This document shows positions 1 to 10,391 of a DNA stretch of 64,000 nt, in pieces; position 1 is the stretch's first letter; the number at the start of each line of letters is the position of its first letter. The stretch is from contig CAWJCS010000003.1 in NCBI GenBank assembly GCA_963841435.1, forward strand, positions 1,376,001 through 1,440,000. Direction: 5' to 3'. This DNA comes from an uncultured delta proteobacterium. GTDB taxonomy: Bacteria; Myxococcota_A; Polyangia; Polyangiales; Polyangiaceae. Both the position numbers and the translations under genes were made by a program. The notes beneath the pieces are model-generated. The model was given only the letters and a program-made list of their open reading frames with translations, was not told the DNA's origin and did not search any database.

Positions 1-1045
1 GGCGCTGCGTGTGGCGCCGAATGTACGCCGCGAGCCGGTGATACTCGGGGAAGTCCGAGATGAGCACCGTGCGGCCAGCCGCACCGAGCAGATCGGCGCG
101 GGCGAGGAAATCGCGATAGTCGATGCTGCCAGCCTCGAGCAGGTTGCGCATCGTGATCTCCATCAGCTCGATCACGTCATCAGCCGCGCCGTCGCCCCCG
201 TTTGCGTCGAGCGAGCCCACGAACACCTCGTGCGCGCAGCGCAGCATGTCGAGGTTCACGTGCGTCACGGGACGGAAGCTGCCCCGCTCCACGAGCACGG
301 AGCGCTTGTAGAGCACCTCGGAGGGCTGGAGCACCTCGCCCTGCGGGCCAAACATGGCTGCGCCCGACAGGCCGAGCTCGACGAGCTTCAGGCTCATCAC
401 GCGGTTGTCGACGTGCCTGAACTCGATGCCCGAGAACTCGATCATGTCGATCTCGATGCGATCCGTGCTCAGGTTGTCGAGCAGCGATTCGAGCAGGCGA
501 TCGGGATCGTGATGCAAGAAGAACGCGCCGTAGAGCAGGTTGACGCCGACGATACCGAGCGCTTCCTGCTGCAACGCGGCCTCGCCGTCGAGCATGCGCA
601 CGTGCACGATGATCTGGCTGTCTTGATCGCGCGGGTGTGCCTGGAAGCGCACCCCCATCCAGCCGTGGCACTCGTTCTGCCCACGGAAGCTCTTCGTGGA
701 CACCGTGTCGGCGAAGGCGAAGAACGCGGTGGTGTCACCGCGGCCCTCCCGCAAACGCTCGACGTTCAGCGTGTGCTCGTAGCTCAGCATGTCCTCGAGA
801 CGCTGGCGGCAGACGTAGCGTTTGGCGCGACCGTAGATCGCGTCGCTCACGGCCATGTCGTACGCGGAGATGCTCTTGGCGATCGTCCCTGAAGCGCCGC
901 CCACGCGGAAGAACCAGCGCACGACTTCCTGGCCTGCGCCGATCTCGGCGAAGGTGCCGTAGCGCTTCGAGTCGAGGTTGGTGGCGAGCGCTTTCTGATG
1001 CGTATCGAGGGTATCGTCGCCGCGAGCCGAAGACTGCGTCACCAT
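1..1045 (-). CDS. Conserved protein of a nicotinate-nucleotide adenylyltransferase-like family (often mislabelled TonB-dependent receptor); runs off the window edge
   Basis: Manual minus-strand translation from ATG 1045: MVTQSSARGDDTLDTHQKALATNLDSKRYGTFAEIGAGQEVVRWFFRVGGASGTIAKSISAYDM...ERGSFRPVT. Not in the ORF track because there is no stop inside the window. Confidence 0.75.
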   Translation of the reverse strand, partial: MVTQSSARGDDTLDTHQKALATNLDSKRYGTFAEIGAGQEVVRWFFRVGGASGTIAKSISAYDMAVSDAIYGRAKRYVCRQRLEDMLSYEHTLNVERLREGRGDTTAFFAFADTVSTKSFRGQNECHGWMGVRFQAHPRDQDSQIIVHVRMLDGEAALQQEALGIVGVNLLYGAFFLHHDPDRLLESLLDNLSTDRIEIDMIEFSGIEFRHVDNRVMSLKLVELGLSGAAMFGPQGEVLQPSEVLYKRSVLVERGSFRPVTHVNLDMLRCAHEVFVGSLDANGGDGAADDVIELMEITMRNLLEAGSIDYRDFLARADLLGAAGRTVLISDFPEYHRLAAYIRRHTQR

Positions 1046-1265
1046 GTCGTCACCAGCGGCCGGTGGGACGGGACCTTGAGGGGACACCCGAGGGGCGTCG
1101 AGAGCGAGACAGCTTCAGCCATGGCGATCTTTGCGCGGAAACAGGAGGTTCTGCGCGCCGTCCGGAGGCTAGCGCGAATCCCAGCAAACGTGGTCCCCGA
1201 AGGTCGGTTGAGGTAGAGTTGCGGTTCGCACACGGGCCGATATCGAGAGCCTCGCTGCGCACGCC

Positions 1266-1952
1266 ATGCCCACGGACCGTCGTCACACCGACCGCGAGTA
1301 CGAGAGCGAGCTCGAAACCTTGCGGGAGCAAATCCTGTTCATGGGGGCTCGCGTCGAGGAGATGATGACGTTCGCGCTACGCGCGTATTCGAACCGAAAC
1401 GCGCAGCTCGCACAGAGCACGATCGCCACGGATCGGCACGTCAACGCGGCCGAGAAACGCATCGACGAGCTCTGCCTCAGGATCTTGGCCCTCCGGCAGC
1501 CCGTGGCGTCCGACCTTCGTTTCATCACGACGACGCTCAAGCTGGTGACCGACCTCGAGCGCATCGCCGACCTCTGCGTCAACGTCTGCGAGCGCGTGGT
1601 GGAGATCGAAGACGCCCCGAACACGCTCTCCGACGCCGCCATCACCCGCATCGGCGCTCTCGCGCAGAGCATGGTGCACGACGCGCTCGACGCCTTCGTG
1701 GGCGGCGACGCGGTCAAGGCCGAGCAGGTGATGGAGCGCGACGAAACGGTGGATCGCCTGCACGCCGAGCTCGTCCCGGAGCTCGCGGCGCTCATGGCGC
1801 GCGACTCGACCGCCGTCGCCCGTTCGATTCGGCTCGTGTCCATCGGCAAGTACCTCGAACGCATCGCCGATCACGCGACCAACATCGCGGAGATGGTCGT
1901 GTTCATGGTGCGCGGGCAGGACATTCGCCACATGGCGTTGCCGAGCGAGTGA
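1266..1952 (+). CDS. phoU: Phosphate signalling complex protein PhoU
   Basis: Two PhoU repeats: LALRQPVASDLR..DLERIAD and KYLERIADHATNIAEMVVFMVRG. Confidence 0.95.
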   Translation: MPTDRRHTDREYESELETLREQILFMGARVEEMMTFALRAYSNRNAQLAQSTIATDRHVNAAEKRIDELCLRILALRQPVASDLRFITTTLKLVTDLERIADLCVNVCERVVEIEDAPNTLSDAAITRIGALAQSMVHDALDAFVGGDAVKAEQVMERDETVDRLHAELVPELAALMARDSTAVARSIRLVSIGKYLERIADHATNIAEMVVFMVRGQDIRHMALPSE

Positions 1953-1964
1953 GCCCGGCCCTCG

Positions 1965-2693
1965 TCAGCGGCCGAGACCGCGCAGCGTGTCCACGATGAA
2001 GGCCAGAAGCTCTCGCCCGGCGCGTCCGAGCTCCACCCAGTCACCGACGTCCTCGCGCGGCACGACGGGGCGCGAAAGCGCGGCCTCGACGCGGCGCTCG
2101 CGCTCTCTCCGGTCGAGCTCCACAGCCTCGCGCAGGCGCGCACGCTCGAGACCGCCCGCCTGAACGAAGGCGAGCACGCGAGGCAGCTCCCCGGCATCGA
2201 ACCAGACCCCGTGGCGCGCGCAGACATCGACGACGATACCGCTCGTTTCCCCGAAGTTCTTGCGATTCATCATCGCTGTGCACGAGGGACAGGGCAAATA
2301 GCGCACGGGCCTGTCGAGAGGATTCTCGCGCCGCAAGACGCGCGGCACGCCCCGGTACACCTCGCGTCGCTCGAGCAGCTCCGCGAGCAGCGCGTGCTCG
2401 ACGAATTGTCCGCCGCAGCCCGTGCACTCCGAGAGCCGACCCGCCACACCCGCGAAGCCCGAGAACGGTCGCTGACAGTCGGGGCAAACGAGGTCGCTCG
2501 CGCGCGCGAGCGGCTCGAGACCCAGCTCGTGGCCGCAGCCGCTACAGTGCAGGGCCTCGGCGGCGTTCAGGGCGTAGCAACTGCTGCAGCGCACCGTGAA
2601 GAGCGGCGACGCGCAGTAGCCGCAGCTCGAGGCGCCGGCCTCGACGGGCCCGCCGCAGACCGGGCAACGTCGTACCTCGGCTTCGGCCATCAA
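1965..2693 (-). CDS. Multi-zinc-ribbon protein with TFIIB-type zinc fingers
   Basis: Many CxxC pairs; VVDVCARHGVWFDAGEL motif. Confidence 0.75.
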   Translation of the reverse strand: MMAEAEVRRCPVCGGPVEAGASSCGYCASPLFTVRCSSCYALNAAEALHCSGCGHELGLEPLARASDLVCPDCQRPFSGFAGVAGRLSECTGCGGQFVEHALLAELLERREVYRGVPRVLRRENPLDRPVRYLPCPSCTAMMNRKNFGETSGIVVDVCARHGVWFDAGELPRVLAFVQAGGLERARLREAVELDRRERERRVEAALSRPVVPREDVGDWVELGRAGRELLAFIVDTLRGLGR

Positions 2694-3496
2694 GAGAGTT
2701 TAGCGGACGGGTTCGCGCGCGAAAGGCACACGATCTGAAAGCCCAAAAGTCCGGGCCACAGAGCGCAGAGCCGCGTCTCCGCGGGCTCGACGTAGCGCTG
2801 GTACGCCCGGAAGGCCGGCGAGTCGCCGAGCGCCAGGTGCTCCCCGGCGTCAACGCGCGCCTCGAGCGGCAGGCGCAAGAGCGGCGCCGCGGCCTGCACG
2901 AGCGACGGGCTCGAACCCTCGGCGACGATCTCACGTCCGGCGTGCTGCAAGAGCTCCAAGAGCGAGCGCCGCGTGAAGAAGCGGAGGTGGGTCCGATCGT
3001 AAAGCCCCGACCAGGCGTAGGAAAACGACCCCGCCAGCGTACGCAGTCTATTGTACCACACCGCGTAGTTCGGCACCGAAACGAGCCAGGCCGCGGCGCG
3101 TGTCCCCGGGTGCTCGGCCAGACGGCGCAGCAGGCGCAGCGGATCGGCAACGTGCTCGATCACGCAGGAGAGCACGACCAAGTCGAAGCGGCGGTCCTCG
3201 GCGAGCTCGAGCCACGCTTCGAGCGTTCCCTCGAATACGTCGTCGCACGCGCTCCGCGCGAGAGCGGCAGCGCGCGCGTCAGGCTCGATGCCGACCAGCG
3301 TGGCTTCGGGAGCGAGACGACGGATCTCGCGCGCGTTCGCCCCGGCGCCCGAGCCCACGTCGAGCACCACGGGGTGGGGCTTTTCGGTCAAGACGTGGCG
3401 GCGGAAGAGCTCGAGGAGCGCGGCATTCGGCCGTTCGGCGTAGGCGTAGCCGCGAGCCTTCAGATCCAGGGGGTAGCGACGCTCGCTCCGAGGCAT
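2690..3496 (-). CDS. Class I SAM-dependent methyltransferase
   Basis: VLDVGSGAG, VIEHVADP, SGLYDRTHLRFFT; ATG at 3496 chosen inside the longer ORF. Confidence 0.85.
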   Translation of the reverse strand: MPRSERRYPLDLKARGYAYAERPNAALLELFRRHVLTEKPHPVVLDVGSGAGANAREIRRLAPEATLVGIEPDARAAALARSACDDVFEGTLEAWLELAEDRRFDLVVLSCVIEHVADPLRLLRRLAEHPGTRAAAWLVSVPNYAVWYNRLRTLAGSFSYAWSGLYDRTHLRFFTRRSLLELLQHAGREIVAEGSSPSLVQAAAPLLRLPLEARVDAGEHLALGDSPAFRAYQRYVEPAETRLCALWPGLLGFQIVCLSRANPSAKLS

Positions 3497-3546
3497 GCCG
3501 ACGGTTGCTACCTTACATGAAGGGGCAGTAGCTTGCGCCCCGAGTC

Positions 3547-4722
3547 GTGCACCCCGGCCCCCGAACAGAACCGACCGCGGCGTTCGCCCGAGCCGCCGGT
3601 CGTCCGAGGACGGTGCTCGACGTTTTCTCGGGCGACGGCGCGCGCGGCGCCTGGTTGCGGGAGCGCGGGGCACGCGTGACCGGCATCGGGGCCGAGGCGC
3701 CGCTCGCGACAGTCGCAAGGTCGAGCCACGACGAGGTGCTGACGCTCGATCCGGAAGGGGCGGGCGCGGAAACGGCGCTCGGTGAGCGACGCTTCGAGCT
3801 CGTCGTGCTCGGCGAGTCACTCGGTCGCTCGTCGGATCCCGCGGCTTTCACTGCACGCTACGCGCGCTACGTCGAGCCGGAGGGACGCTTGCTCCTGGCA
3901 GGAGAGTCGCGGCCGGGTGTCCGCGAGGCGCTCGAGCGAGCGGGCCTCGTGCCGATCACGCCGGGCGGACTCGTTGCGGCGCGCCGTCCACCCGCGAAGG
4001 GTCCCCTCTCGCTGACCGTCGGCATGCTCACGATGGACGAGGAGCCGAGCGTGGCCAAGATGATCGCCGCCATCCGCGAGCACGCTCCGGACGCGGGCAT
4101 TCTCGTAGTCGATAGCTCCCGCCACGATCGGACGCCCGAGATCGCCACGGCGCTCGGCGCCACGGTGCTTCGGCAGCTGCCGCCGCGCGGCCACGGGCCG
4201 GCCATGGAGCTCTTGATGCGAGAGGCGTCGCTCCGGAGCGACGCCCTCATCTACCTCGACTGCGACTTCACCTATCCACCCGCCGTGATCCCCAAGATCC
4301 GCGCCATCCTCGAAGCCGGGGTCGATGTCGTGAATGCGGCGCGCGTGCGCGAGCGACCGGCCGCAATGCCGTTGCCAAACTACGTGGCGAACAAGGCGTT
4401 CGTCGCCTGTGCTCGCGCTGTGCACGGCGTGCCCGTGGGCGATTTGCACAGCGGCATGCGCGGCTACCGCTCGGCCTGCATCCGTTCGTTCGCGTTCGAC
4501 GGCGAGGGTGATGCGCTCCCGATCGACACGCTGCTCTGGCCGGCGCGCGCCGGCTACCGCGTGGTCGAGATCCCGATCGACTACCAGGAGCGAGTCGGGC
4601 AATCGAAGCTCAGAAAGCTGGCTGGGACGGCGTGGACGTTCGTGCGCCTGGCCCGCATGCTCGGCGTCGGCGAGCGACGCGCCGACACCTACGAAGTCTG
4701 GTCGAGCGACAGCCGGCCCTGA
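3547..4722 (+). CDS. Glycosyltransferase family 2 with degenerate N-terminal methyltransferase-like domain
   Basis: ILVVDSS, YLDCDFTYP (DxD), DLHSGMRGY, YQERVGQSKL. Confidence 0.85.
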   Translation: MHPGPRTEPTAAFARAAGRPRTVLDVFSGDGARGAWLRERGARVTGIGAEAPLATVARSSHDEVLTLDPEGAGAETALGERRFELVVLGESLGRSSDPAAFTARYARYVEPEGRLLLAGESRPGVREALERAGLVPITPGGLVAARRPPAKGPLSLTVGMLTMDEEPSVAKMIAAIREHAPDAGILVVDSSRHDRTPEIATALGATVLRQLPPRGHGPAMELLMREASLRSDALIYLDCDFTYPPAVIPKIRAILEAGVDVVNAARVRERPAAMPLPNYVANKAFVACARAVHGVPVGDLHSGMRGYRSACIRSFAFDGEGDALPIDTLLWPARAGYRVVEIPIDYQERVGQSKLRKLAGTAWTFVRLARMLGVGERRADTYEVWSSDSRP

Positions 4723-4733
4723 CGGCACGCACG

Positions 4734-6383
4734 CTACTTCGACGCTCTGGCGTCGCTCCGCGGCACGTAGATGTCGAAGTCCTCGATCGTGGTGACAAGC
4801 TCGTATTTTCCGAAGACGAGCGCGGAAAGCGCCGGAAAGCCGAGGAGCTCTCGCGCCGAATCGAGCGAATTGCCCGTCACCGCGGGAAAAACGTCGGCGT
4901 GCTGCACGGCGATCGCCGCGGGGGGCGACGCGCGCAGATCGTGCATCAGGTCCTGGCGAGCGCGCTCGCGCTCCCACGACGTGCGCTGCGGCACGTCGTA
5001 GATGAAGCGCGTAGCCGGCCGGCGATCGGCGAGCCAGTAGATGATGGGCTCGAAGCCCCACACGAACACCGGGGCGTTCCCCTTCGTCCTTCCGCGCAGG
5101 TCGCGCGCCACGGCGCGATCGGCCGTGAGGCTCACGTCCGCCACCGTTCCCAGCTCCTCCTCGAGCTCGTCACGATTGCGATGAGACGAAAACAGGTAGC
5201 GCATGCGGAGCGCCGAGCGGTCCCAAAAATCCTGCGGGAGATCGGTCACGGCCTGGCGCATCGCCACGCACACGGCGATGAACGCCACGAACGCGAACAC
5301 GCCGCCGGCACCGCCGGCAAGGCAGCGACGCCAGAGCTTGTAGAGGCCGAGCCCCGCGAGCAGAGCCACGAGCGGCAGGGTGCTCCCGTAGTGGTAGGAA
5401 AAGAACTTTCCCTGCATCGCGATGCCCGTCACGTGCACGGCGATCACGCCGAGCACGAGGAACATGCCTTCGCGCTCCCGCAGGTTCATGGGCGTCGTGG
5501 TGATGGCTGCGATCACGCCGGCGGCGCCCAGCGCGGAGAACTTGAAGAAGACCTCGAGGAGCGCGTAGTAGAACATCCCGGCCGCGTGCTGGCCCTCCCA
5601 GCCGAGCGCCGTGTAGCCGGGCGTGAAGTCGCGCATCGTCCAAACGAGCGCGGCGAATCCGCCGCGCGCCGCGAACCAGGCCGCCGTGGCGAGAATCGGC
5701 ACCAAAAAGCCCGCGGAAATCGCGAGGACGGGTCGCAGGGCGGCACGCGACGAGTCACCTCGCTGCTGCTCCCGCGTCGCGAGGTAGGCCGCACAGACGA
5801 GCGCGGCGCCGCCGAGCGGTGGCTTGAGCAGCGCCGCACAGCCGAGCACGGCGCCCACGGCCGCGAACCGCCACGTCTTGCGAGCGCGCTTGCCCTCCAC
5901 GCCCGTGAGCACGAGCGCCACCATCGTCAGCATGCCGCCGAAAGTTTCGGGTTGCCCCGTGTGCCAGAACTCCATCTGGGCGTGCATGAGCGCCGCCAGG
6001 GCGCCGCCGAGGTAGCCGGCGGTGCGGCTGCCGAAAAACGTGTCGCTGAGCCGGGCCGAGCACGCGACGACGACGACGAGCCCGATCACCTCGACGAGGC
6101 GCGGCGCCAGCATCGTCTTGCCGAAGACGCCCTGCGCGAACGCGTACACGAGGTAGATGCCGGGGGGCTTGAAGTCCCAGAGATCGCGGTACGGCACGTC
6201 CCCCTTGAGCATGCCGTCGCCGATCAGCGCGTAGATGCCCTGGTCGCGACCGAACGGAAACAGCAGGATCTGAAGCGCCGACAGCGCGACGACGGTGACG
6301 GCCGCCACGCGCAGCCACCCATCCGGATCCCGGACGTGCACCTCGGGCACGACGTCCGCGACGGGCGGCAGGGACTCGGGCAT
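4734..6383 (-). CDS. Membrane glycosyltransferase (GT-C, ArnT/GT39-like)
   Basis: RDQGIY..PYRDLWDFKPPG motif; many hydrophobic helices. Confidence 0.8.
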   Translation of the reverse strand: MPESLPPVADVVPEVHVRDPDGWLRVAAVTVVALSALQILLFPFGRDQGIYALIGDGMLKGDVPYRDLWDFKPPGIYLVYAFAQGVFGKTMLAPRLVEVIGLVVVVACSARLSDTFFGSRTAGYLGGALAALMHAQMEFWHTGQPETFGGMLTMVALVLTGVEGKRARKTWRFAAVGAVLGCAALLKPPLGGAALVCAAYLATREQQRGDSSRAALRPVLAISAGFLVPILATAAWFAARGGFAALVWTMRDFTPGYTALGWEGQHAAGMFYYALLEVFFKFSALGAAGVIAAITTTPMNLREREGMFLVLGVIAVHVTGIAMQGKFFSYHYGSTLPLVALLAGLGLYKLWRRCLAGGAGGVFAFVAFIAVCVAMRQAVTDLPQDFWDRSALRMRYLFSSHRNRDELEEELGTVADVSLTADRAVARDLRGRTKGNAPVFVWGFEPIIYWLADRRPATRFIYDVPQRTSWERERARQDLMHDLRASPPAAIAVQHADVFPAVTGNSLDSARELLGFPALSALVFGKYELVTTIEDFDIYVPRSDARASK

Positions 6384-6430
6384 GGCGGCAAGCTACAACA
6401 ATTTGACTCCGTCGCCCGCCCCGCCGAACG

Positions 6431-7192
6431 TCACCTTCGAGGTTGCTCGGCCCGTGACCATGCAGGAACGAGCCTTCGGGAAAGACCCGAAAGGACGAGG
6501 ACCACGAGCACGCCCGAGAGCACCACGAGCGCGTGCCGCGCGTAGACCGGGCCCGAGGCCACGCCGCGCAGCACGGGGACGACGAGCGTCGCGCCGACGT
6601 ACAGAGCGAGCGGCCAGCCGATCGCGGCACGGACCGGCGCACCGCGCCTCAGACACCGGTCGGCGAAGGCGTAGAGCAAGAGCAGGCCCGCGAGGTAGAC
6701 GCAAACCCCGAGAGCGCGGTGAAGCTCGTGCGGCGAAAGGCCGAGAACCGCTGCGAGCCGTTGCCCGAATGCGAGCCAGCTGGCGATGCGCATCGCATTG
6801 ACGAAAAGCGTCGCGCCGTAGGAAAGAGCGCCCGACGCGACCAGCCACAGCGCGGCCGTCGAGACGCGACGATGTCGGCGACTGAAACCGACGACGAGCG
6901 AGACGAAGGCGACGACGAGGAAGTTCACGCCGGCGCAGACGGGCGCGATGACGAGGCCTGCTTCCCGGGAGAGGTAGCCCGCACCGAGCTCGCGCTCGAA
7001 GGCGTGCCCGGTCACCCGTTCGACGAGCCACGCCGTCGGCGCGAGCAAGAAACCGAGCTCGTCGGCGCCGGCGCGCGAGCACGCGCCTTTCACCAGCGCG
7101 GCGCTGGCGAGCGCGAGCGCGGCGAGAACGAGATCCAGCGCGCGCAGCGGGCGCACGCCCGGGAGCGCAGGCCAGGCGAGACGCCCCGTCAT
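6431..7192 (-). CDS. Exosortase, XrtK-like
   Basis: Polytopic membrane protein with the Cys-Arg-His triad (APVCAGVNF, VNAMRI, HRALG); overlaps the VIT-vWA gene end (7189-7192). Confidence 0.8.
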   Translation of the reverse strand: MTGRLAWPALPGVRPLRALDLVLAALALASAALVKGACSRAGADELGFLLAPTAWLVERVTGHAFERELGAGYLSREAGLVIAPVCAGVNFLVVAFVSLVVGFSRRHRRVSTAALWLVASGALSYGATLFVNAMRIASWLAFGQRLAAVLGLSPHELHRALGVCVYLAGLLLLYAFADRCLRRGAPVRAAIGWPLALYVGATLVVPVLRGVASGPVYARHALVVLSGVLVVLVLSGLSRRLVPAWSRAEQPRR

Positions 7193-9210
7193 CGCGTCAC
7201 CAGCGCGGCGCGGCGGCGCCCGCGAAGCGCCAAGAACGCTGCTCCGAGGAGGCCCGAGGCGAGCAGCAGGAAAAGCAGCCCCGGCTCGTCCGCCGAGCTC
7301 AGCGGCTCGCCGATCGCGCTGTTCGACACAGCGCGCGGCAGGGCCAGCGGCTGCTTCACGTCGTCGGCCGGGGCGCCGGGGTTTCGCACCGTGGTCGTCA
7401 CGGCGACGAACGACGTGTAAGCGGTGAGCAAATCATAACGAAGGCCGAGCTCGACGATCTTTTTCTTGGCCGCCTCGGGCGGCTCGCCGAACGCGAAATC
7501 CGAGAGCTCGGCGATGCGCGTGCGCGCCCAGAGCGGCCGGAGCGCGCGGTGCTCCGCGCGCGGCACGACCCGCGACACGTCGAAGCGCTGCCGGTAGGCC
7601 CCGCGCCCGCCGACACCCGACACTTCGATGGTACCGCGGGGGGTGCCCCGGTACTTGCCGAAGGCGATCACGGGCCGCGCCGCGAGCACGTCCGGCACGG
7701 CGCGCGGCATCACGTCGTACACGTCGAAATCGCCGTAGTCGATGCGCACGTTCGTGAGCACCGGAGCACGGACGTAGTCGCGGAAACGGTGCGCCGCCTG
7801 CGCTGCGTCGGCCTCGTTGGTGACGACGAACGGCTCCCCGAAGCCCGCGCGCGCGACGCCTTCGATGAGGTAGCGATTCACCGAATCGCCGATGCCGAAC
7901 GCGAAGGCATTGGCCTCTCCGAGGTGCTGGCGCACGAAGTCCATCGCCTGTCGGTCGGCGTCAACGAAGCCGTCGGTGACGACGATGAAACTGCGCGAGA
8001 CCCCGACCTCGGGCGACAGCGAGAGCGCCTGCTCGAGTGCCGGCAGGAGCTCGGTGCCGCCACCGCCGTGCTGCTCGTCGATGGCGCGCACGGCACGAGC
8101 GACGTTCTCGGGCGTCGCAGGAAGAGAGCGCGGCGAGAGCAGCTCGGATGCCCCCGCGAAGAGCAGTACGTCGAAGCGATCGCTCGGGCGCAGCCCGCCG
8201 ACGAGATCACGCAGCAGGGACTTGGCCGTTTCGAGCGGGAAGCCCGCCATGCTGCCCGAAACGTCGACGATGAAGACGTACTCGCGGGGCGGCAGATCGG
8301 CGTCCGTCACGCGCGCAGGCGGTTCGACCTCGAGCAGGAAAAACTTCTCGCTGCCCGCGTCGAACAGCGTGAGCCCCGACTGGATGGCGTCCCCGGCGAG
8401 CCGGTAGTCGAGCACGAAGTCGCGGTCGCCGCCGTGCACCTCGCTCGCATCCAGCGAAAAGCGCAAAAGACCCGGATTGTCGAAGCTCTGCTCGAGCCGG
8501 TGCGAGGGGCTCGTCACGTCAGCGAGGGGGATGCCCGAGGCCAGTGTGCCGGTGATTTGGAGGGTCGACGTGGGTGGCACGCCGGCGCGAAGGTACGGCG
8601 TCGCGACGAACTGGTCCGAGGGTGCGGCGGTCTTTTCGGGCTGGTTCGAATAGCGCGGCCCGACGACCGTCGGAAAGACGAGCTCGTAGCGGCCGTCCGT
8701 GGGGACGATGAGCTCGGTGTATCGGAGCGTCACGTCGATGTGGTCGCCGGGCATCACGTTGGCGACGCTCATCGTGAACACGTTCGGGCGCTCCTGTTCG
8801 AGCAGCGTCGCGCTCTTGCCGTCACGCTTGGCCGCCTCGAACGTCCGCTTGGCCTGGTCGCGCTCCTTGATCTTGGCCAAGATGAGCTGACTACCGATGC
8901 GCATCGTGAGCCCGTCGACGGCGGCGCGCGTCGATGCAGGAAAGACGTAGGTCGCGTTGATCGGACGCGAGCCGCGGTTTTCGTAGCGCTGCGTCACCGT
9001 CACGGCGGCGATGACGTCCGTGACGGCGATATCGACTTTGGTCGAGGCAAGCGGGAGCTGGTCAACGTTCGGATCGGCGTGCTCGACCCGAAAATACGGA
9101 GCCAGCGTCTTATCGGCCGAGTCCACCGACGCCAGGGCGCGGGGCGCGACGACGAGCAGCAAAAAGAGGGTCGAGACCGGGAGGACGAATGAGCGAAGCG
9201 ATGATTTCAC
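7189..9210 (-). CDS. VIT + vWA domain protein with signal peptide and PEP-CTERM-like C-terminal sorting signal
   Basis: VIT (YVFP..AAVDGLTMRIG), vWA MIDAS (DVSGSM, VTDG); tail SSADEP-hydrophobic helix-RGRRR; GTG at 9210 chosen. Confidence 0.85.
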   Translation of the reverse strand: MKSSLRSFVLPVSTLFLLLVVAPRALASVDSADKTLAPYFRVEHADPNVDQLPLASTKVDIAVTDVIAAVTVTQRYENRGSRPINATYVFPASTRAAVDGLTMRIGSQLILAKIKERDQAKRTFEAAKRDGKSATLLEQERPNVFTMSVANVMPGDHIDVTLRYTELIVPTDGRYELVFPTVVGPRYSNQPEKTAAPSDQFVATPYLRAGVPPTSTLQITGTLASGIPLADVTSPSHRLEQSFDNPGLLRFSLDASEVHGGDRDFVLDYRLAGDAIQSGLTLFDAGSEKFFLLEVEPPARVTDADLPPREYVFIVDVSGSMAGFPLETAKSLLRDLVGGLRPSDRFDVLLFAGASELLSPRSLPATPENVARAVRAIDEQHGGGGTELLPALEQALSLSPEVGVSRSFIVVTDGFVDADRQAMDFVRQHLGEANAFAFGIGDSVNRYLIEGVARAGFGEPFVVTNEADAAQAAHRFRDYVRAPVLTNVRIDYGDFDVYDVMPRAVPDVLAARPVIAFGKYRGTPRGTIEVSGVGGRGAYRQRFDVSRVVPRAEHRALRPLWARTRIAELSDFAFGEPPEAAKKKIVELGLRYDLLTAYTSFVAVTTTVRNPGAPADDVKQPLALPRAVSNSAIGEPLSSADEPGLLFLLLASGLLGAAFLALRGRRRAALVTR

Positions 9211-9431
9211 GGGGCGGAGTCCTTTCGGGACACCGCTTCTGCAAGCGCCGTGCAGAGCCGGCACCGTCGCCGTTCAACGCCTGAAATGGCGGCGTTGCAG
9301 GGCGAATCTGCACGGACGCCCCCGAGGCGGCTGCGGTGCGACGTGTCGCCACCGACACGCCGCGCGGTGCGCGCACCACGGGTCGGGCGTGACCGCCCTC
9401 GTCTCGGCGTGGCCGGGGTACAATCGTCTCG

Positions 9432-10391
9432 GTGAGCACGCGGTACGAGGAGCCGAGCCCGACCGACCTCGATGCCGCGAGCGCGGCCGGGCTCGAGCAG
9501 CTCGTCGAGCTCCTCGGGGGCGGGCGCGTGCTCGTGCTCACGGGAGCGGGCGTGAGCACGGCGTCGGGCATCCCCGACTACCGCGACGCCGAGGGTGCCT
9601 GGAAGCACCGGCAGCCCATGCAGATCCGCGAGTTTTTTGGCTCAGAGGCCGCGCGCCGGCGCTACTTTGCGCGAAGCCTGGTCGGCTTCGCTCGGCTCGG
9701 GGACGCGCGTCCCAACGCGGCCCACCGCGCGCTCGCCGCCCTCGAGGGCGCCGGGCTCGTGACGGCGCTCGTGACGCAGAACGTCGACGGCCTGCACCAG
9801 GCCGCCGGCAGTCGGAACGTCGTCGACCTGCACGGTCGCATCGATCGCGTCATTTGCGTCGGATGCCGCCGTGTGACGCCACGCGCCGAGCTGCAACGCC
9901 AGCTCGCGGAGCAGAACCCGAGCTTCGTTGCCCGCGCCGCGACGACGACACCGGACGGCGACGCCGAGCTCGGCGACGTGGACTACGGCGCGTTTCGCCT
10001 GATCGACTGCGCTGCGTGCGCCGGCGTTCTCAAGCCCGACGTCGTGTTCTTCGGCGAGGGCGTGCCTGCCGAGCGCGTCCAGAGCGCCATGACCGCGCTG
10101 GAGGAAGCGCGAGCGCTCGTGGTGGTTGGCTCGTCGCTGATGGTGTTCTCGGGCTATCGCTTCGCGCGCGCGGCGGCGCGGCGTTCGATTCCGCTCGTGC
10201 TCGTCAACCAGGGGCGCACGCGTGCCGACGAGCTTGCCACGCTGAAGATCACGGCCGAGGCCGGCGCGGTGCTCACGGCAGCCGTCCGCGCCCTCGCGAA
10301 CGCGCAGACGGGCGCGTCGTTACGCTCTGACGGAGAGGCGGCGCGCCCGGCGCTCGCGCCCCGTTCCGCTCGAACGCGCCAAGCAACCTAG
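9432..10391 (+). CDS. NAD-dependent protein deacylase, Sir2 family (class II-like)
   Basis: [26 protein letters not shown], two CxxC pairs, [13 protein letters not shown]. Confidence 0.93.
   Translation: MSTRYEEPSPTDLDAASAAGLEQLVELLGGGRVLVLTGAGVSTASGIPDYRDAEGAWKHRQPMQIREFFGSEAARRRYFARSLVGFARLGDARPNAAHRALAALEGAGLVTALVTQNVDGLHQAAGSRNVVDLHGRIDRVICVGCRRVTPRAELQRQLAEQNPSFVARAATTTPDGDAELGDVDYGAFRLIDCAACAGVLKPDVVFFGEGVPAERVQSAMTALEEARALVVVGSSLMVFSGYRFARAAARRSIPLVLVNQGRTRADELATLKITAEAGAVLTAAVRALANAQTGASLRSDGEAARPALAPRSARTRQAT

Noticed and set aside
11-892. 293-aa plus-strand ORF, and similar long antisense ORFs (4632-6545, 7549-9192, 22860-24338, 23953-25974, 37455-38990, 42411-43910)
   Set aside because: Shadow frames opposite recognisable genes, expected in high-GC DNA; no motifs
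9432-10391. Sir2 as an anti-phage NADase (Thoeris/DSR type)
   Set aside because: Has the zinc-binding Cys pairs and motifs of housekeeping deacylases, with no defence partner
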